DNA of 64,000 nt, from positions 1 through 64,000 of IMG/VR virus record IMGVR_UViG_3300025889_017816. One strand, given 5' to 3'. The translations under genes and the position numbers were made by a program. The notes under the pieces were generated by a model. It ran no database searches. It saw only the letters and a program-made list of their open reading frames with translations, and was not told where the DNA came from. This stretch comes from a virus. Positions within the stretch are counted from its first letter, which is position 1; each line of letters starts with the position of its first letter. Below, piece after piece: positions 1 to 8,854 of the stretch.

Positions 1-57
1 TAAAAGTTTTTCCTCTTGTAGGACGCTGTGGTATCATATCCTCAAATGTAATGTAAC

Positions 58-501
58 TCATCTTTCCCACCAAAATTCAAACCAAGTTTTATCAACACTC
101 CTATCTATTGAATCAGCAAAATAATCAGGCTTTATGTCTTGGTCCACATTATAAATCCAACAAGCAATTTTAAGGTCGGTGGAATTATATTCTCCTAGAT
201 TGAAAGATATTTCATGCATTGTAACACCGCTGTCAATGATATCATCAACCAATAAAACTTTTTTCCCAGCAAACAAATCATTAGGTAAATTCCCTAGGTC
301 TCTATCTTTAAAATCACGCAGGGACCATTTAACAACATCCATAGGAACGTTCAGTTTGTGGGACAGTGCTACAGCCAAAGGCAACCCGCCACGAGCAATC
401 CCATATATTTTATGAAATTGTATATTAGATTTTCTGATATCGGAAGCAATAAGATCAACGGCAGTAGCAAACTTTAAAAAATTCATGTAATAGGTTTTCA
501 T
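58..501 (-). CDS. Type I phosphoribosyltransferase (xanthine/guanine PRT, Gpt-like)
   Basis: GIARGG motif and PRPP-binding loop VLLVDDIIDSGVT; C-terminal FWWE resembles Gpt FPW. Confidence 0.85.
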   Translation of the reverse strand: MKTYYMNFLKFATAVDLIASDIRKSNIQFHKIYGIARGGLPLAVALSHKLNVPMDVVKWSLRDFKDRDLGNLPNDLFAGKKVLLVDDIIDSGVTMHEISFNLGEYNSTDLKIACWIYNVDQDIKPDYFADSIDRSVDKTWFEFWWER

Positions 502-803
502 TTTACTACTTTAATACCTGAAGAAGGTACAAGCAAACCACGACCAGTTAATCTGTGATATTCATTCTTAATATCAGCAGCAGGCTCAAATACATGAAGA
601 ATATGAGAGGTTTCAAAAGAAAATTCCTTATCGTTTGAAAAGGAAAGATAAGGAGCTAGACCTATCCCATACGAGCCGTTTCCCGTGGGTGCAATCATAA
701 TATTGAATGGTTGGGCCAAAGTTAAGGTGTTGGTGTTCTCTAATTTCTCTATGCGCTCACCAATCAAATTTTCACCAGCAATAGTTTTAATGCCTATAAT
801 CAT
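498..803 (-). CDS. Conserved T4-like phage hypothetical protein (small beta-rich, possibly Sm-like)
   Basis: K..GE.LIG N-terminus; typical position downstream of hsp20; stop overlaps the PRT start (ATGA). Confidence 0.6.
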   Translation of the reverse strand: MIIGIKTIAGENLIGERIEKLENTNTLTLAQPFNIMIAPTGNGSYGIGLAPYLSFSNDKEFSFETSHILHVFEPAADIKNEYHRLTGRGLLVPSSGIKVVK

Positions 804-843
804 AATAAACTCAACTGTAAGGGTGTTAGGAGGTACTACTTAA

Positions 844-1269
844 TTACGAAATTTCAAACTTCTTAGGCTTCTTATCTTCAGGAATAATGCGTCTTAAATC
901 AATATTAAGAACACCATCCTGTAATGAAGCTCCCTCTACAATAACATCTTCTGCTAAGGTCCACTTACGAGTAAAGGCACGCTTAGCCAAGCCACGGTGA
1001 ATATATTGAGGCTCGTCTTCGGCCTTCTCACCTGAACCTGAAATAGAAAGGACTCCTTCGGCTAACTCCACCTCTAGATCGCTGCGCTTGAATCCAGCCA
1101 CAGCAATTTCGATGGTCCAATTCTCAGGATCATGCTTGATGATGTTATAAGGTGGGTAATTTGTGGCTTCATTGGCAGTTTGAATCTGTGATAAACGATC
1201 AAACCAACCATCAAAGCCAATTGCCCATGGGTTATGTGTTGAACTAAAAGTAAAGGTACGAGTATTCAT
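844..1269 (-). CDS. hsp20: Small heat-shock protein Hsp20 (IbpA-like)
   Basis: NYPPYNI, EIAVAGF, YIHRGLAKRAFTR, GVL motifs; AGGAGG RBS. Confidence 0.95.
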   Translation of the reverse strand: MNTRTFTFSSTHNPWAIGFDGWFDRLSQIQTANEATNYPPYNIIKHDPENWTIEIAVAGFKRSDLEVELAEGVLSISGSGEKAEDEPQYIHRGLAKRAFTRKWTLAEDVIVEGASLQDGVLNIDLRRIIPEDKKPKKFEIS

Positions 1270-1320
1270 AATTCCTCCTTAGAGCGAATGTGTTAGTGAT
1301 ACCCTTTCGGCGTATCGTTG
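1270..1320 (-). promoter_or_regulatory. Structured hsp20 5' leader, ROSE-like RNA thermometer candidate
   Basis: mRNA: GAUAC(G)CC-GAAA-GGGUAUC hairpin, then UUCGCU just before the AAGGAGG Shine-Dalgarno. Confidence 0.5.
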
Positions 1321-1326
1321 AGTTAA

Positions 1327-1355
1327 AATATAACTCCTAACACCCCTACAGTCAA
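1327..1355 (-). promoter_or_regulatory. Sigma70-type promoter for hsp20
   Basis: TTGACT-17 nt-TATATT. Confidence 0.75.
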
Positions 1356-1361
1356 GCTCTT

Positions 1362-1781
1362 TTACAGCTTTTTACCAATATTATATTTGGTAACTAAGTT
1401 CCAATCTTTCTTTTCTCCGAAAGACAAAACCTTAATTTGTGATAATGGTGCAGTATCTTCACAATCATCTGGATTAAGAATCTCTACTAATCCCCAATCT
1501 TCTAAAAGATGTGCTATTGTGTTTCTACGGTGCAAATCATTATCAGATAAATCTGCTCTTTTACCATCCAAAGCAAATAATTCTTTGAAATGTACAATGA
1601 AATATCGGCCTTGCTTGTGTAAAATATGGCAGCTTTGGAATAGAGTTTGTTCTTTCTTAGAAGCAACCCCTATGCGCGTTAAAGTCTCTCTGACTTTTAG
1701 GAAATCATCTGGATTAACAAGTATTATTTCTACTGGTTTGTATCCAGGAATTCCAGGTATATGTATTAAGTCATGTGCCAT
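1362..1781 (-). CDS. regA: Translational repressor RegA
   Basis: PDDFLKVRETLTRIG, QSCHILHKQGRYFIVHFKELF; probable start ATG at 1781. Confidence 0.97.
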   Translation of the reverse strand: MAHDLIHIPGIPGYKPVEIILVNPDDFLKVRETLTRIGVASKKEQTLFQSCHILHKQGRYFIVHFKELFALDGKRADLSDNDLHRRNTIAHLLEDWGLVEILNPDDCEDTAPLSQIKVLSFGEKKDWNLVTKYNIGKKL

Positions 1782-2220
1782 TACTAATTCCACCTATGTT
1801 CAATCTTTTTTTAATATTGTCAATGTTTTCAGGAGTCAAAATTTTCAAAGCCTGGAGTCCCTTTTCCGTATTATAATTATAATACTTTTTAACTATTTCC
1901 AAATCTTCGATCTTTTCGCTTTTAATCCATTTATTAAAACGCTTTTTGCCTCTGACAATATTTATAAGATAGTGGAATTGTAATTTCTTATCTAAGTGAG
2001 TTCTGCTATTCATTTCATTAGCTTGTATTACTGTATCACTACCAAAACTAAGTGCTCGATTCACAATATAAGGATTATAATATTTCTCACCATACTCATC
2101 CTCACACAAATCTTCTTTAGTGTAATGAATAGCATTAACATAATCAAAAGGAGAAGGCTTAGAAATTTTATGTTCTTCCTCTTGTATTTCTATAATTTCT
2201 TCACCGTCAAGATTAATCAT
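1771..2220 (-). CDS. gp62: Clamp loader small subunit
   Basis: SPFDYVNAI, YNPYIVNRALS, ANEMN; lies between gp44 and regA. Confidence 0.92.
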   Translation of the reverse strand: MINLDGEEIIEIQEEEHKISKPSPFDYVNAIHYTKEDLCEDEYGEKYYNPYIVNRALSFGSDTVIQANEMNSRTHLDKKLQFHYLINIVRGKKRFNKWIKSEKIEDLEIVKKYYNYNTEKGLQALKILTPENIDNIKKRLNIGGISNGT

Positions 2221-3161
2221 TTGAATTCACACACAGCCATGATTTCTGTCAAACAAGCAACCAAATTAATCTCAGCATCTGCAACAAAGGCAGCTTTGTA
2301 TTGATAATCAGCCAACAAAAGAATCAACTGAGGTACCTGTACCACTTCGTTAGATAGGTTATCATAAAGAAGCCTAAACAAAACTGCAGGATCATTATCT
2401 AGGTTATTAGCAACCCAGGTTCTCATTTTCTTAAAATCTTTTTCTCTAAGAGAAGATAAAAGATTTTTGATATTATCCTCGGAGATATTTACAAGAATTC
2501 CACTATCAATTTTGCCTGATACGGAATATCTTTGTAGTTCATTCAAAACTCTACGATAATCTGGAAAATGCTTGTTCAATAATTCAGCAACAACCTTTTC
2601 TTGATATTCTATATTTTCATTGTCCAGAATTTCTGTAACTCTCTTGAAGAACTTTGCTGCAATCTTAGGACGTTCTTCTTTTGTAATTCTAAAATCAATA
2701 ACTGTGGTTCTAGAATGCAAAGGAGAAATAATCCTGTTCTTGAAGTTACAAGTGAAAATAAACCTACAATTTTTACTGAACTCCTCAATAAAACCACGAA
2801 GTGCAGGTTGTGTACTATTAGGATTTAAATAATCGGCCTCATCTAAGATTACAATCTTTACCTTACCCGTGAAACTAACTGTACTAGCAAAGTCTTTAAT
2901 CTTTGTTCTAAGAACATCAATACCCGATTCTTCGGAACCGTTAATAATAATATAGTCACAACCAATTTCTTCACATAAAGCTCTAGCAATAGTGGTCTTA
3001 CCAGTACCTGCTGTACCGGACAGTAACAGATTTGGAACATTATCTTGTTCTACAAATTCTTGGAATGTATTCTTCAATTCTTCGGGAAGAATACAATCTT
3101 TAATTTTCTTAGGACGATATGCTTCTACCCACAAGAATTGTCCTTCTGTTTTTGTTACCAT
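2217..3161 (-). CDS. gp44: Clamp loader large subunit (RFC-like AAA+)
   Basis: LWVEAYRP, GTAGTGKTT, ILDEAD, SR motifs. Confidence 0.97.
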   Translation of the reverse strand: MVTKTEGQFLWVEAYRPKKIKDCILPEELKNTFQEFVEQDNVPNLLLSGTAGTGKTTIARALCEEIGCDYIIINGSEESGIDVLRTKIKDFASTVSFTGKVKIVILDEADYLNPNSTQPALRGFIEEFSKNCRFIFTCNFKNRIISPLHSRTTVIDFRITKEERPKIAAKFFKRVTEILDNENIEYQEKVVAELLNKHFPDYRRVLNELQRYSVSGKIDSGILVNISEDNIKNLLSSLREKDFKKMRTWVANNLDNDPAVLFRLLYDNLSNEVVQVPQLILLLADYQYKAAFVADAEINLVACLTEIMAVCEFK

Positions 3162-3163
3162 AT

Positions 3164-3844
3164 TTAAATCCTAGAGCTAGCATCTGCTGCAATCAAATAA
3201 GTGAGATCACATCCCTCACATTCAAAGAAGAAAACAAGAACCTTTCCCCCACGACCAATAGCATTAGCTATATGAACTTTATATGTCTTAGGAATAACCT
3301 TAAAACTATCAATGGACAGCTTAACATCAAAACTCATATCTGAAACACCTAGCTTCTTTCTAAAAGAATGTGAAGTAGGATTTCTAGGATCATTGAGTAT
3401 AAGTGTTACCTCACCATTCTCAGCAGTAACACTCATCATTGTTGCATTGACAATGCCAGCAATCTTAGTAATAGAAGTAATATCGTTCGATTCGAGTGTG
3501 AACGAATACATTTCTTCTAACTCAGGAGGAGTTTCAAGAGGAGCACTTACCAGACTTTCATCTGCATAAAAATACTCCATCTCTCCCCCATCCTCTGTCT
3601 TAATAAGAAGACTCTTATCACCAAACTCAATTTCAGCACCACTAGAAACTGAAATAAGGGACAAAAGCTGATTAAGATCATAGATAGCAAACTGTGCAGG
3701 GAAGTTTTCTGAAACAATTGCTCTTGCCTGAATGCTATTCACAGCATTTTTTGTTGCCATTTTATTACCAGGCTTTACCAACAGATTGCTGCTAATCTGT
3801 GAAAAACTTTGCAAGAGTGAAACGGTTTCCGAACTAATCTTCAT
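3164..3844 (-). CDS. gp45: Sliding clamp
   Basis: MKIS.ET..LL..F..I, FAIYDLNQLL; upstream of gp44. Confidence 0.93.
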   Translation of the reverse strand: MKISSETVSLLQSFSQISSNLLVKPGNKMATKNAVNSIQARAIVSENFPAQFAIYDLNQLLSLISVSSGAEIEFGDKSLLIKTEDGGEMEYFYADESLVSAPLETPPELEEMYSFTLESNDITSITKIAGIVNATMMSVTAENGEVTLILNDPRNPTSHSFRKKLGVSDMSFDVKLSIDSFKVIPKTYKVHIANAIGRGGKVLVFFFECEGCDLTYLIAADASSRI

Positions 3845-3858
3845 AATATATCCTCCGG

Positions 3859-4167
3859 TTAAAATTGAATGTAGTCGCCTATTTCACTATCAGGCTCAAC
3901 ATAAAAGTCATGTACATGAAGTAACATAACAGCATAGTGTAAAATTTTCAAGATGTCTTTACGATTGAATCCATCCTTTTTCCCATAACGTTGGGCATAC
4001 TTCATGATGTTACCAACCGTAAAACCAACACCATGACCAGTGTCAAAAATAAATTCTGAGGCCTGGAACTTTCTACGGGAATAATGCTCACCATAGGTAG
4101 AGTCAATATATTTCTTGAGTTCCTGTAAAATCTTATCCTCTGAATAACGATAATCAATCTTCTTCAT
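3859..4167 (-). CDS. DUF3310-like conserved phage protein
   Basis: YIDSTYGEHYS, GF..GNIMKYAQRYGKK, DILKILHYA. Confidence 0.7.
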   Translation of the reverse strand: MKKIDYRYSEDKILQELKKYIDSTYGEHYSRRKFQASEFIFDTGHGVGFTVGNIMKYAQRYGKKDGFNRKDILKILHYAVMLLHVHDFYVEPDSEIGDYIQF

Positions 4168-4516
4168 TTATTGTGTCCCGTCCTTCTGCATGAATATCAC
4201 ACAGAGCCATAATATGTTCGCCTGATCTTAAGGAGCCTGAGGCTCCACAAACTTCACAAATATAACGACTTCTTTTTGCAATGTCAATTATTACTTTATC
4301 CACTTCTTCGTTAATTATATTTGTGTATATTCTTAATATACCCCATCTTTCTTTTACCTGTAAAATTTTTACTGGTGGGAATGTATCCTTTATAGCATCA
4401 AAAACTTCATGAAGCAAAGGAGCCCACCCTTCGCCTACTGAGCGAAGGGCGAGATCCAATGTATAACCTTCGTAATTTACTTCCTGTGGATTAACATCAG
4501 AAGGGCAAAGATTCAT
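4154..4516 (-). CDS. Conserved phage protein (QVKEKFG-like family) with a C-terminal Cys/His metal-binding motif
   Basis: GW..L, QVKERWGILRIY, CEVCG...CDIH; start reassigned to ATG 4516 behind GGAGGAGGAG. Confidence 0.65.
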   Translation of the reverse strand: MNLCPSDVNPQEVNYEGYTLDLALRSVGEGWAPLLHEVFDAIKDTFPPVKILQVKERWGILRIYTNIINEEVDKVIIDIAKRSRYICEVCGASGSLRSGEHIMALCDIHAEGRDTINEED

Positions 4517-5648
4517 ACTCCTCCTCCGCGGTAGGCTCACCAACCTCTTCACCAACCTCTTCACCTGCATCAATCTTGGTATACAGGTCAATGAAACTAT
4601 TCTTAGTTTCAGTATTGAACCTGGACACACACAAGGTAACAGCCTTGATCCTATCACCAAACATTGCAAAGGCATTCACCACGTGCTCAAGTCTGCGGGT
4701 TGAGATAACCTCATCCACACCACCATCAAGATAGGTCTTACGAATAATCTCGGACCAAATTGTGAGCTTGTCAGCAAAGTCCTCGTCTACGCGGTCCACA
4801 CGCTCCATCTTCTTAATAAGAATCTTCTTTTCGATTGAAGGAGTAGGATATTCCTGCTCGACGGTGATGGCGAAACGCTCAAGGAAGGCATCGTCAAGAA
4901 TCTGTGCTGTAATAAACTTACCGTCCTCGGTTCCCTGTCCCTTGGTATTTGCTGTAGCAATGATATTGAAACCAGGAGCAGGGTAGATGGTCTCGCCTGT
5001 CTTCTTATTAAAGTAAGGCTTACCTTCAAGGATAGCCTGTAGGCACATAAGCTTGTTACTGCCACGATCCACCTCATCCAGAATCAGAATAGCACCACGC
5101 TTCATGGCGATAGACACAGGCCCTTCACGATAAACCACATTCCCGTCTACCAGAGTGTTACCACCAATGAGGTCATCCTCGTCAGTTTCAATACTGATAT
5201 TAACACGGATACACTCACGATTCAGAGAAGCACAAACCTGCTCTACCATTGTAGTCTTACCATTACCTGAAAGACCCGTTACGAAAACTGGGTAGAAAGA
5301 ATTACTTCCCACGATGGTCTTAAGGTCCTTGTAAAATCCGAAAGGAACAAATGTAGAATCCTTAGACGGTACCAGGTCCTTAATCTCAACATGGAGCTTT
5401 GGTTGAGACAGAAGCATCTGGGACTGCATACCAAGATGCGCCTGAGGCTGCGCGGCTGCTGGAGCAATTGTAACAGGCTCATATCTTTCCAACGAATACA
5501 TACCACGCCTAATCTTATGATTAGGGTCGTTTAGGATTACGTTTGGGTTGACTCCCAAGGACCTAGCCTGATCCTGAATTTCGGGCCTGGTAAATTCAGA
5601 CTTACCAGTCGAACGAAGAGCATCCTGCAAACGCTGATAGTTGGACAT
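4497..5648 (-). CDS. MoxR/CobS-like AAA+ ATPase
   Basis: GLSGNGKT, DEDDLIGG, LDEVD, ATANTKGQG, AFLERF, ISTRRL. Confidence 0.92.
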   Translation of the reverse strand: MSNYQRLQDALRSTGKSEFTRPEIQDQARSLGVNPNVILNDPNHKIRRGMYSLERYEPVTIAPAAAQPQAHLGMQSQMLLSQPKLHVEIKDLVPSKDSTFVPFGFYKDLKTIVGSNSFYPVFVTGLSGNGKTTMVEQVCASLNRECIRVNISIETDEDDLIGGNTLVDGNVVYREGPVSIAMKRGAILILDEVDRGSNKLMCLQAILEGKPYFNKKTGETIYPAPGFNIIATANTKGQGTEDGKFITAQILDDAFLERFAITVEQEYPTPSIEKKILIKKMERVDRVDEDFADKLTIWSEIIRKTYLDGGVDEVISTRRLEHVVNAFAMFGDRIKAVTLCVSRFNTETKNSFIDLYTKIDAGEEVGEEVGEPTAEEEYESLPF

Positions 5649-5682
5649 TTTGCCTCCTATTGTAGGGATTTATTATATATTA

Positions 5683-5729
5683 AATATAATCAAAAATTAC
5701 TAGGTTGTCAAGTCATGTAAGTGCTTATT
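5683..5729 (-). promoter_or_regulatory. Sigma70-type early promoter with conserved upstream element
   Basis: TTGACA-17 nt-TATATT; upstream AATAAGCACTTACA identical to the copy at 7916-7929. Confidence 0.8.
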
Positions 5730-7848
5730 ATGAAATAACTTCCACAAACCTGTTGAGAAAAACCCTAGAAATATTCTTATTATTCTGGGTCTTTTTAAAG
5801 GCTCGGAGAAGGGTTCCCTTACCCTGAGTCTTATAACCACCCAAGACTTCTTCCAAATCCTCTGTAGCAATCTTCATATTCCTACCCGAAATAAGATAAA
5901 AGACATCATATCCTCGGACAGGGATTTCCGCATACTTGTGAACCTTGGCCTGTTCCACCTTAGAGGAAACATCATCATAACTAAAATTCTCGCCTTTACG
6001 ATACCAATAGTCCTTAATGTTATTGGGGGTGAGATCACTGGTAATAAAGATACCAACTACATTGGACTTCGTAATCCTCTTATAAAGATCCAAAAGTGCA
6101 ACAGTAGTTTCCCGTTTGTAATGTGCAAAACTATTTTGATTATCAGCCTCAAAAACTACAGGAAACGATAGACGACCATCGGAGTTCTGTGCAGGGGGAT
6201 AAAGAGTGCTAGTAGAATCCCCATCCGTAAGAATTACGGTGTTGAGAATTTCCACTTTATTGGTGTTCTTAAAATCTTCTGCAATCCAACGAAGAACAGA
6301 AATAGTTTCATCCAGAGGAGTGCTGCCTAGGCGCATGATTTCAGGTATTTTACCTGACTCAAAATAATTATTAATCTTTTCACCATACCAAAGCAACTTC
6401 TTCACAGCATTATTATGTTCATTCATCCGCATGTTGGAAGAGAAAAGTTCCAACAACTTAAATCCATGATCTGCGATTCTGTATGCAGATAGGTCCTTGT
6501 CATTTTTAATGTAAAGATTATTCTCCCGTTCTGCTCTATTAGGGCCATTAGGATTAAGATAATTATGAGAATCACTAAACCCGTATACGGTGAACGGAAT
6601 ATTGATTTTCTTACAAAACATAACCAGAGCAATCGTTTGATGAATAGTTGCTTTCATATTAGAGGTCATGGAAGAAGACATATCCAACATCATTATCATC
6701 CCATGGTTTTTTCCGTTTGGAATTTCCGTTGACTGGAGAAATAAATCCTCTGTAAGTTTGTAACCCCAAAGTTTATCTACGTTCAACTTACCCGTCTTGG
6801 AAATTCTTGCCTTTGCAAACTGCTTTGCAGATTGCTTAAGAGTAAATTCCTTGACCATATAATCAATATACTTACGATTATTGGACATGAATTCATGGTA
6901 ATAATTTTCTGCAGCCTCCTTGTCAGCATTAAAATATGGCCAATACTCATAGACTTCGGAATGTCTGCGAATAAAATTCTTGGGGTCGAGCTTAGGCCAT
7001 TTTGCATAAGTGGGTGCTGTACCAGTATTATCAATTAAGGACTTTATAGAATTTTCTTCCAAAGAATCCTGAGTAATTGAACCACCTTCGGCCTCTGCAG
7101 AGGAAATTATCTTTTCCTGAAGTTCCTCCGATGCCTGCTCCAAACGATCTGCAAGATCCTCTCTACCATTTTCACGGAGAATAGCGATAGCCTGTTCCTT
7201 AGAAATAGGTTCAGTAGAATTTGCACTATCCTCATCAAAAGAAAGTTCAGTAAAGTCCCCGAAAGCCTCAGTAATATCTTCTCCCTCCTTCTTATGGAGT
7301 TCGAAGAGTTCCAAAGACAATTCCACAACATCATCCCATTCGGTTACATCCCGGATCCTATCTACAATAATTTGTTCCTCCTCCGAGAAACGAATAGCAG
7401 ATCGGGAACCAATTTTGAAGTAACAATTGATCCTATCAATAAGAGGGAGGAAATTCATCTCCTCGACCGAAACACCAAAAAAGTTACGGTCAACCAGCTT
7501 AGTGTAACCCGAATACATAGGCTTACGAATACCAGGATACTTTTCCTTCACTAGCTTTTCAATGCGTGCGTCCTCAACAATATTGAGGCAAGCCTTGAAA
7601 GAAGAACCCAATTCCTGAACCAGCTCTACCCAGCCTTCGGCTGGAGTAAAAAGAGAGTGTCCAATCTCGTGTCCAATGAGAAGGTCATAAACATCAGAAT
7701 CCATCTCCTTCCACAAGGGAAGGGTTAGAACCCGATTTTTGACATCAAAGGATGCAGTAGTAACATTACGATGCTCGATCCTAATATTCTCCGAAGCTAG
7801 TAGCTTACCAAGATTAGTCTTGGATGCATCTAAAACATTAATGGACAT
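5728..7848 (-). CDS. CobT-like protein: N-terminal HExxH metallopeptidase plus C-terminal VWA (MIDAS) domain
   Basis: HEIGHSLFTP, NIVEDARIE; DMSSSM, STPL, LTDGD. Confidence 0.88.
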   Translation of the reverse strand: MSINVLDASKTNLGKLLASENIRIEHRNVTTASFDVKNRVLTLPLWKEMDSDVYDLLIGHEIGHSLFTPAEGWVELVQELGSSFKACLNIVEDARIEKLVKEKYPGIRKPMYSGYTKLVDRNFFGVSVEEMNFLPLIDRINCYFKIGSRSAIRFSEEEQIIVDRIRDVTEWDDVVELSLELFELHKKEGEDITEAFGDFTELSFDEDSANSTEPISKEQAIAILRENGREDLADRLEQASEELQEKIISSAEAEGGSITQDSLEENSIKSLIDNTGTAPTYAKWPKLDPKNFIRRHSEVYEYWPYFNADKEAAENYYHEFMSNNRKYIDYMVKEFTLKQSAKQFAKARISKTGKLNVDKLWGYKLTEDLFLQSTEIPNGKNHGMIMMLDMSSSMTSNMKATIHQTIALVMFCKKINIPFTVYGFSDSHNYLNPNGPNRAERENNLYIKNDKDLSAYRIADHGFKLLELFSSNMRMNEHNNAVKKLLWYGEKINNYFESGKIPEIMRLGSTPLDETISVLRWIAEDFKNTNKVEILNTVILTDGDSTSTLYPPAQNSDGRLSFPVVFEADNQNSFAHYKRETTVALLDLYKRITKSNVVGIFITSDLTPNNIKDYWYRKGENFSYDDVSSKVEQAKVHKYAEIPVRGYDVFYLISGRNMKIATEDLEEVLGGYKTQGKGTLLRAFKKTQNNKNISRVFLNRFVEVIS

Positions 7849-7906
7849 AAATGGTCTCCGCCTTGAGAATTATTGATACATAAATCTACAAGAACGGAGA
7901 CCATTT
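7849..7906. repeat. Perfect 12-bp inverted repeat pairing the promoter spacer with the RBS of the VWA gene
   Basis: aaatggtctccg (7849-7860) / cggagaccattt (7895-7906). Confidence 0.85.
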
Positions 7907-7929
7907 GTCAAGACCTGTAAGTGCTTATT
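7883..7929 (-). promoter_or_regulatory. Sigma70-type early promoter with conserved upstream element
   Basis: TTGACA-17 nt-TAGATT; upstream AATAAGCACTTACA at the same spacing as at 5716. Confidence 0.75.
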
Positions 7930-7935
7930 TTACAA

Positions 7936-8583
7936 TCACTTAGTTTTCTTGGTTTGCTTTTTCTTAGGTTTTACAGGCTTTTCTAGGCTGCTAACCGACC
8001 CAGCCTTCTTTTCCCTTTCTTCCTTTCTATTTTGGAGACGCTTTGCAACCTCGTCACCTGACATCCAAATATCTTTGTTATCCAAAATTTGTTTAATTTC
8101 ATCCTTGCTCAGGAAATCACCATAGGCATCTTTCCATAAATGCTCAGACCATTTTCTGAAATGTGTCAATTCATCATACATTTCTCCGCCCTTCCCAACT
8201 GCCCAGCTACTATAATCATGAAACATGAATACGCTGTGCGAAGAAATTTCCCAATGCTTTGCTGCAAGAAAAATTAAGGTTGCTGCACTCATACAAGCAC
8301 CTTCAACTGAAGCAACCACATTTGCATTAGTTTCTCTCATAACACGCATGAATTGAACTGCGGTAAATGCGTCCCCTCCACAAGAGTTGATATGTAAACA
8401 AACAATGTCATGTTCGGAAGCATTTCTGATTGTTTCAAACCACCCAGTATAACTTTCAGGACCTTTAATATGACCACCCAAATAAAAGGTGTGCATCTTT
8501 CCAATAGGTCTATCAAGATATGCTACAGTTTCGTTTGAAGCAGTTAAAGTTTCTCCACTAACAGTTCCATTCATTTTAATCAT
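7936..8583 (-). CDS. ClpP-like (S14) serine protease
   Basis: LHINSCGG, CMSAATLIFLA, FMFHD, DIWMS..E; probable start ATG 8583; Lys-rich tail. Confidence 0.85.
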   Translation of the reverse strand: MIKMNGTVSGETLTASNETVAYLDRPIGKMHTFYLGGHIKGPESYTGWFETIRNASEHDIVCLHINSCGGDAFTAVQFMRVMRETNANVVASVEGACMSAATLIFLAAKHWEISSHSVFMFHDYSSWAVGKGGEMYDELTHFRKWSEHLWKDAYGDFLSKDEIKQILDNKDIWMSGDEVAKRLQNRKEEREKKAGSVSSLEKPVKPKKKQTKKTK

Positions 8584-8587
8584 AATA

Positions 8588-8854
8588 TTATTCTCCGGAA
8601 TATAATTTATATAAGTAGTCCTCAAATTGTTCAACTTTTTCTACACGATCTGGCCAATACAGATATGGTTTTTCTGGTTTCATTTTTAAATTATTCAACA
8701 AAGGTATTACTGCATTGTAAAGTGCATTTAACCTATCTTGCACCGAAGAAGCTGTAGTGGTAACTTCTTGTATTTTAACTTCGGCTTGTTGTACAGCCTG
8801 AAGCTCGTCTTCGTCAACGGCGGTGAAGCCGAAATCAAAAATATTATCTGCCAT
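8588..8854 (-). CDS. Conserved T4-like phage hypothetical protein
   Basis: FDFGFTAVDEDEL and PLLNNLK.P.K.Y..WP; packed within the operon. Confidence 0.65.
   Translation of the reverse strand: MADNIFDFGFTAVDEDELQAVQQAEVKIQEVTTTASSVQDRLNALYNAVIPLLNNLKMKPEKPYLYWPDRVEKVEQFEDYLYKLYSGE

Larger units (their letters stand above)
807..1359. repeat. Long-range inverted repeat (807-832 / 1334-1359) bracketing hsp20
   Basis: 26 contiguous pairs in the minus-strand RNA, 21 Watson-Crick and 5 G-U. Confidence 0.8.

Noticed and set aside
807-1359. Invertible segment or IS element around hsp20
   Set aside because: No recombinase or transposase is nearby, and all mismatches are G-U compatible on one strand, which favours RNA pairing
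4517-4675. N-terminal extension of the 173-aa ORF
   Set aside because: It overlaps the MoxR gene; a strong RBS supports the start at 4516
4497-7848. Cobalamin biosynthesis (cobS/cobT) auxiliary metabolic genes
   Set aside because: No cobN or other cob genes; the motifs only support a generic MoxR-VWA pair
8605-8612. TATAAATT late-promoter variant upstream of the ClpP-like gene
   Set aside because: One mismatch, inside a coding region of AT-rich DNA; could easily be chance
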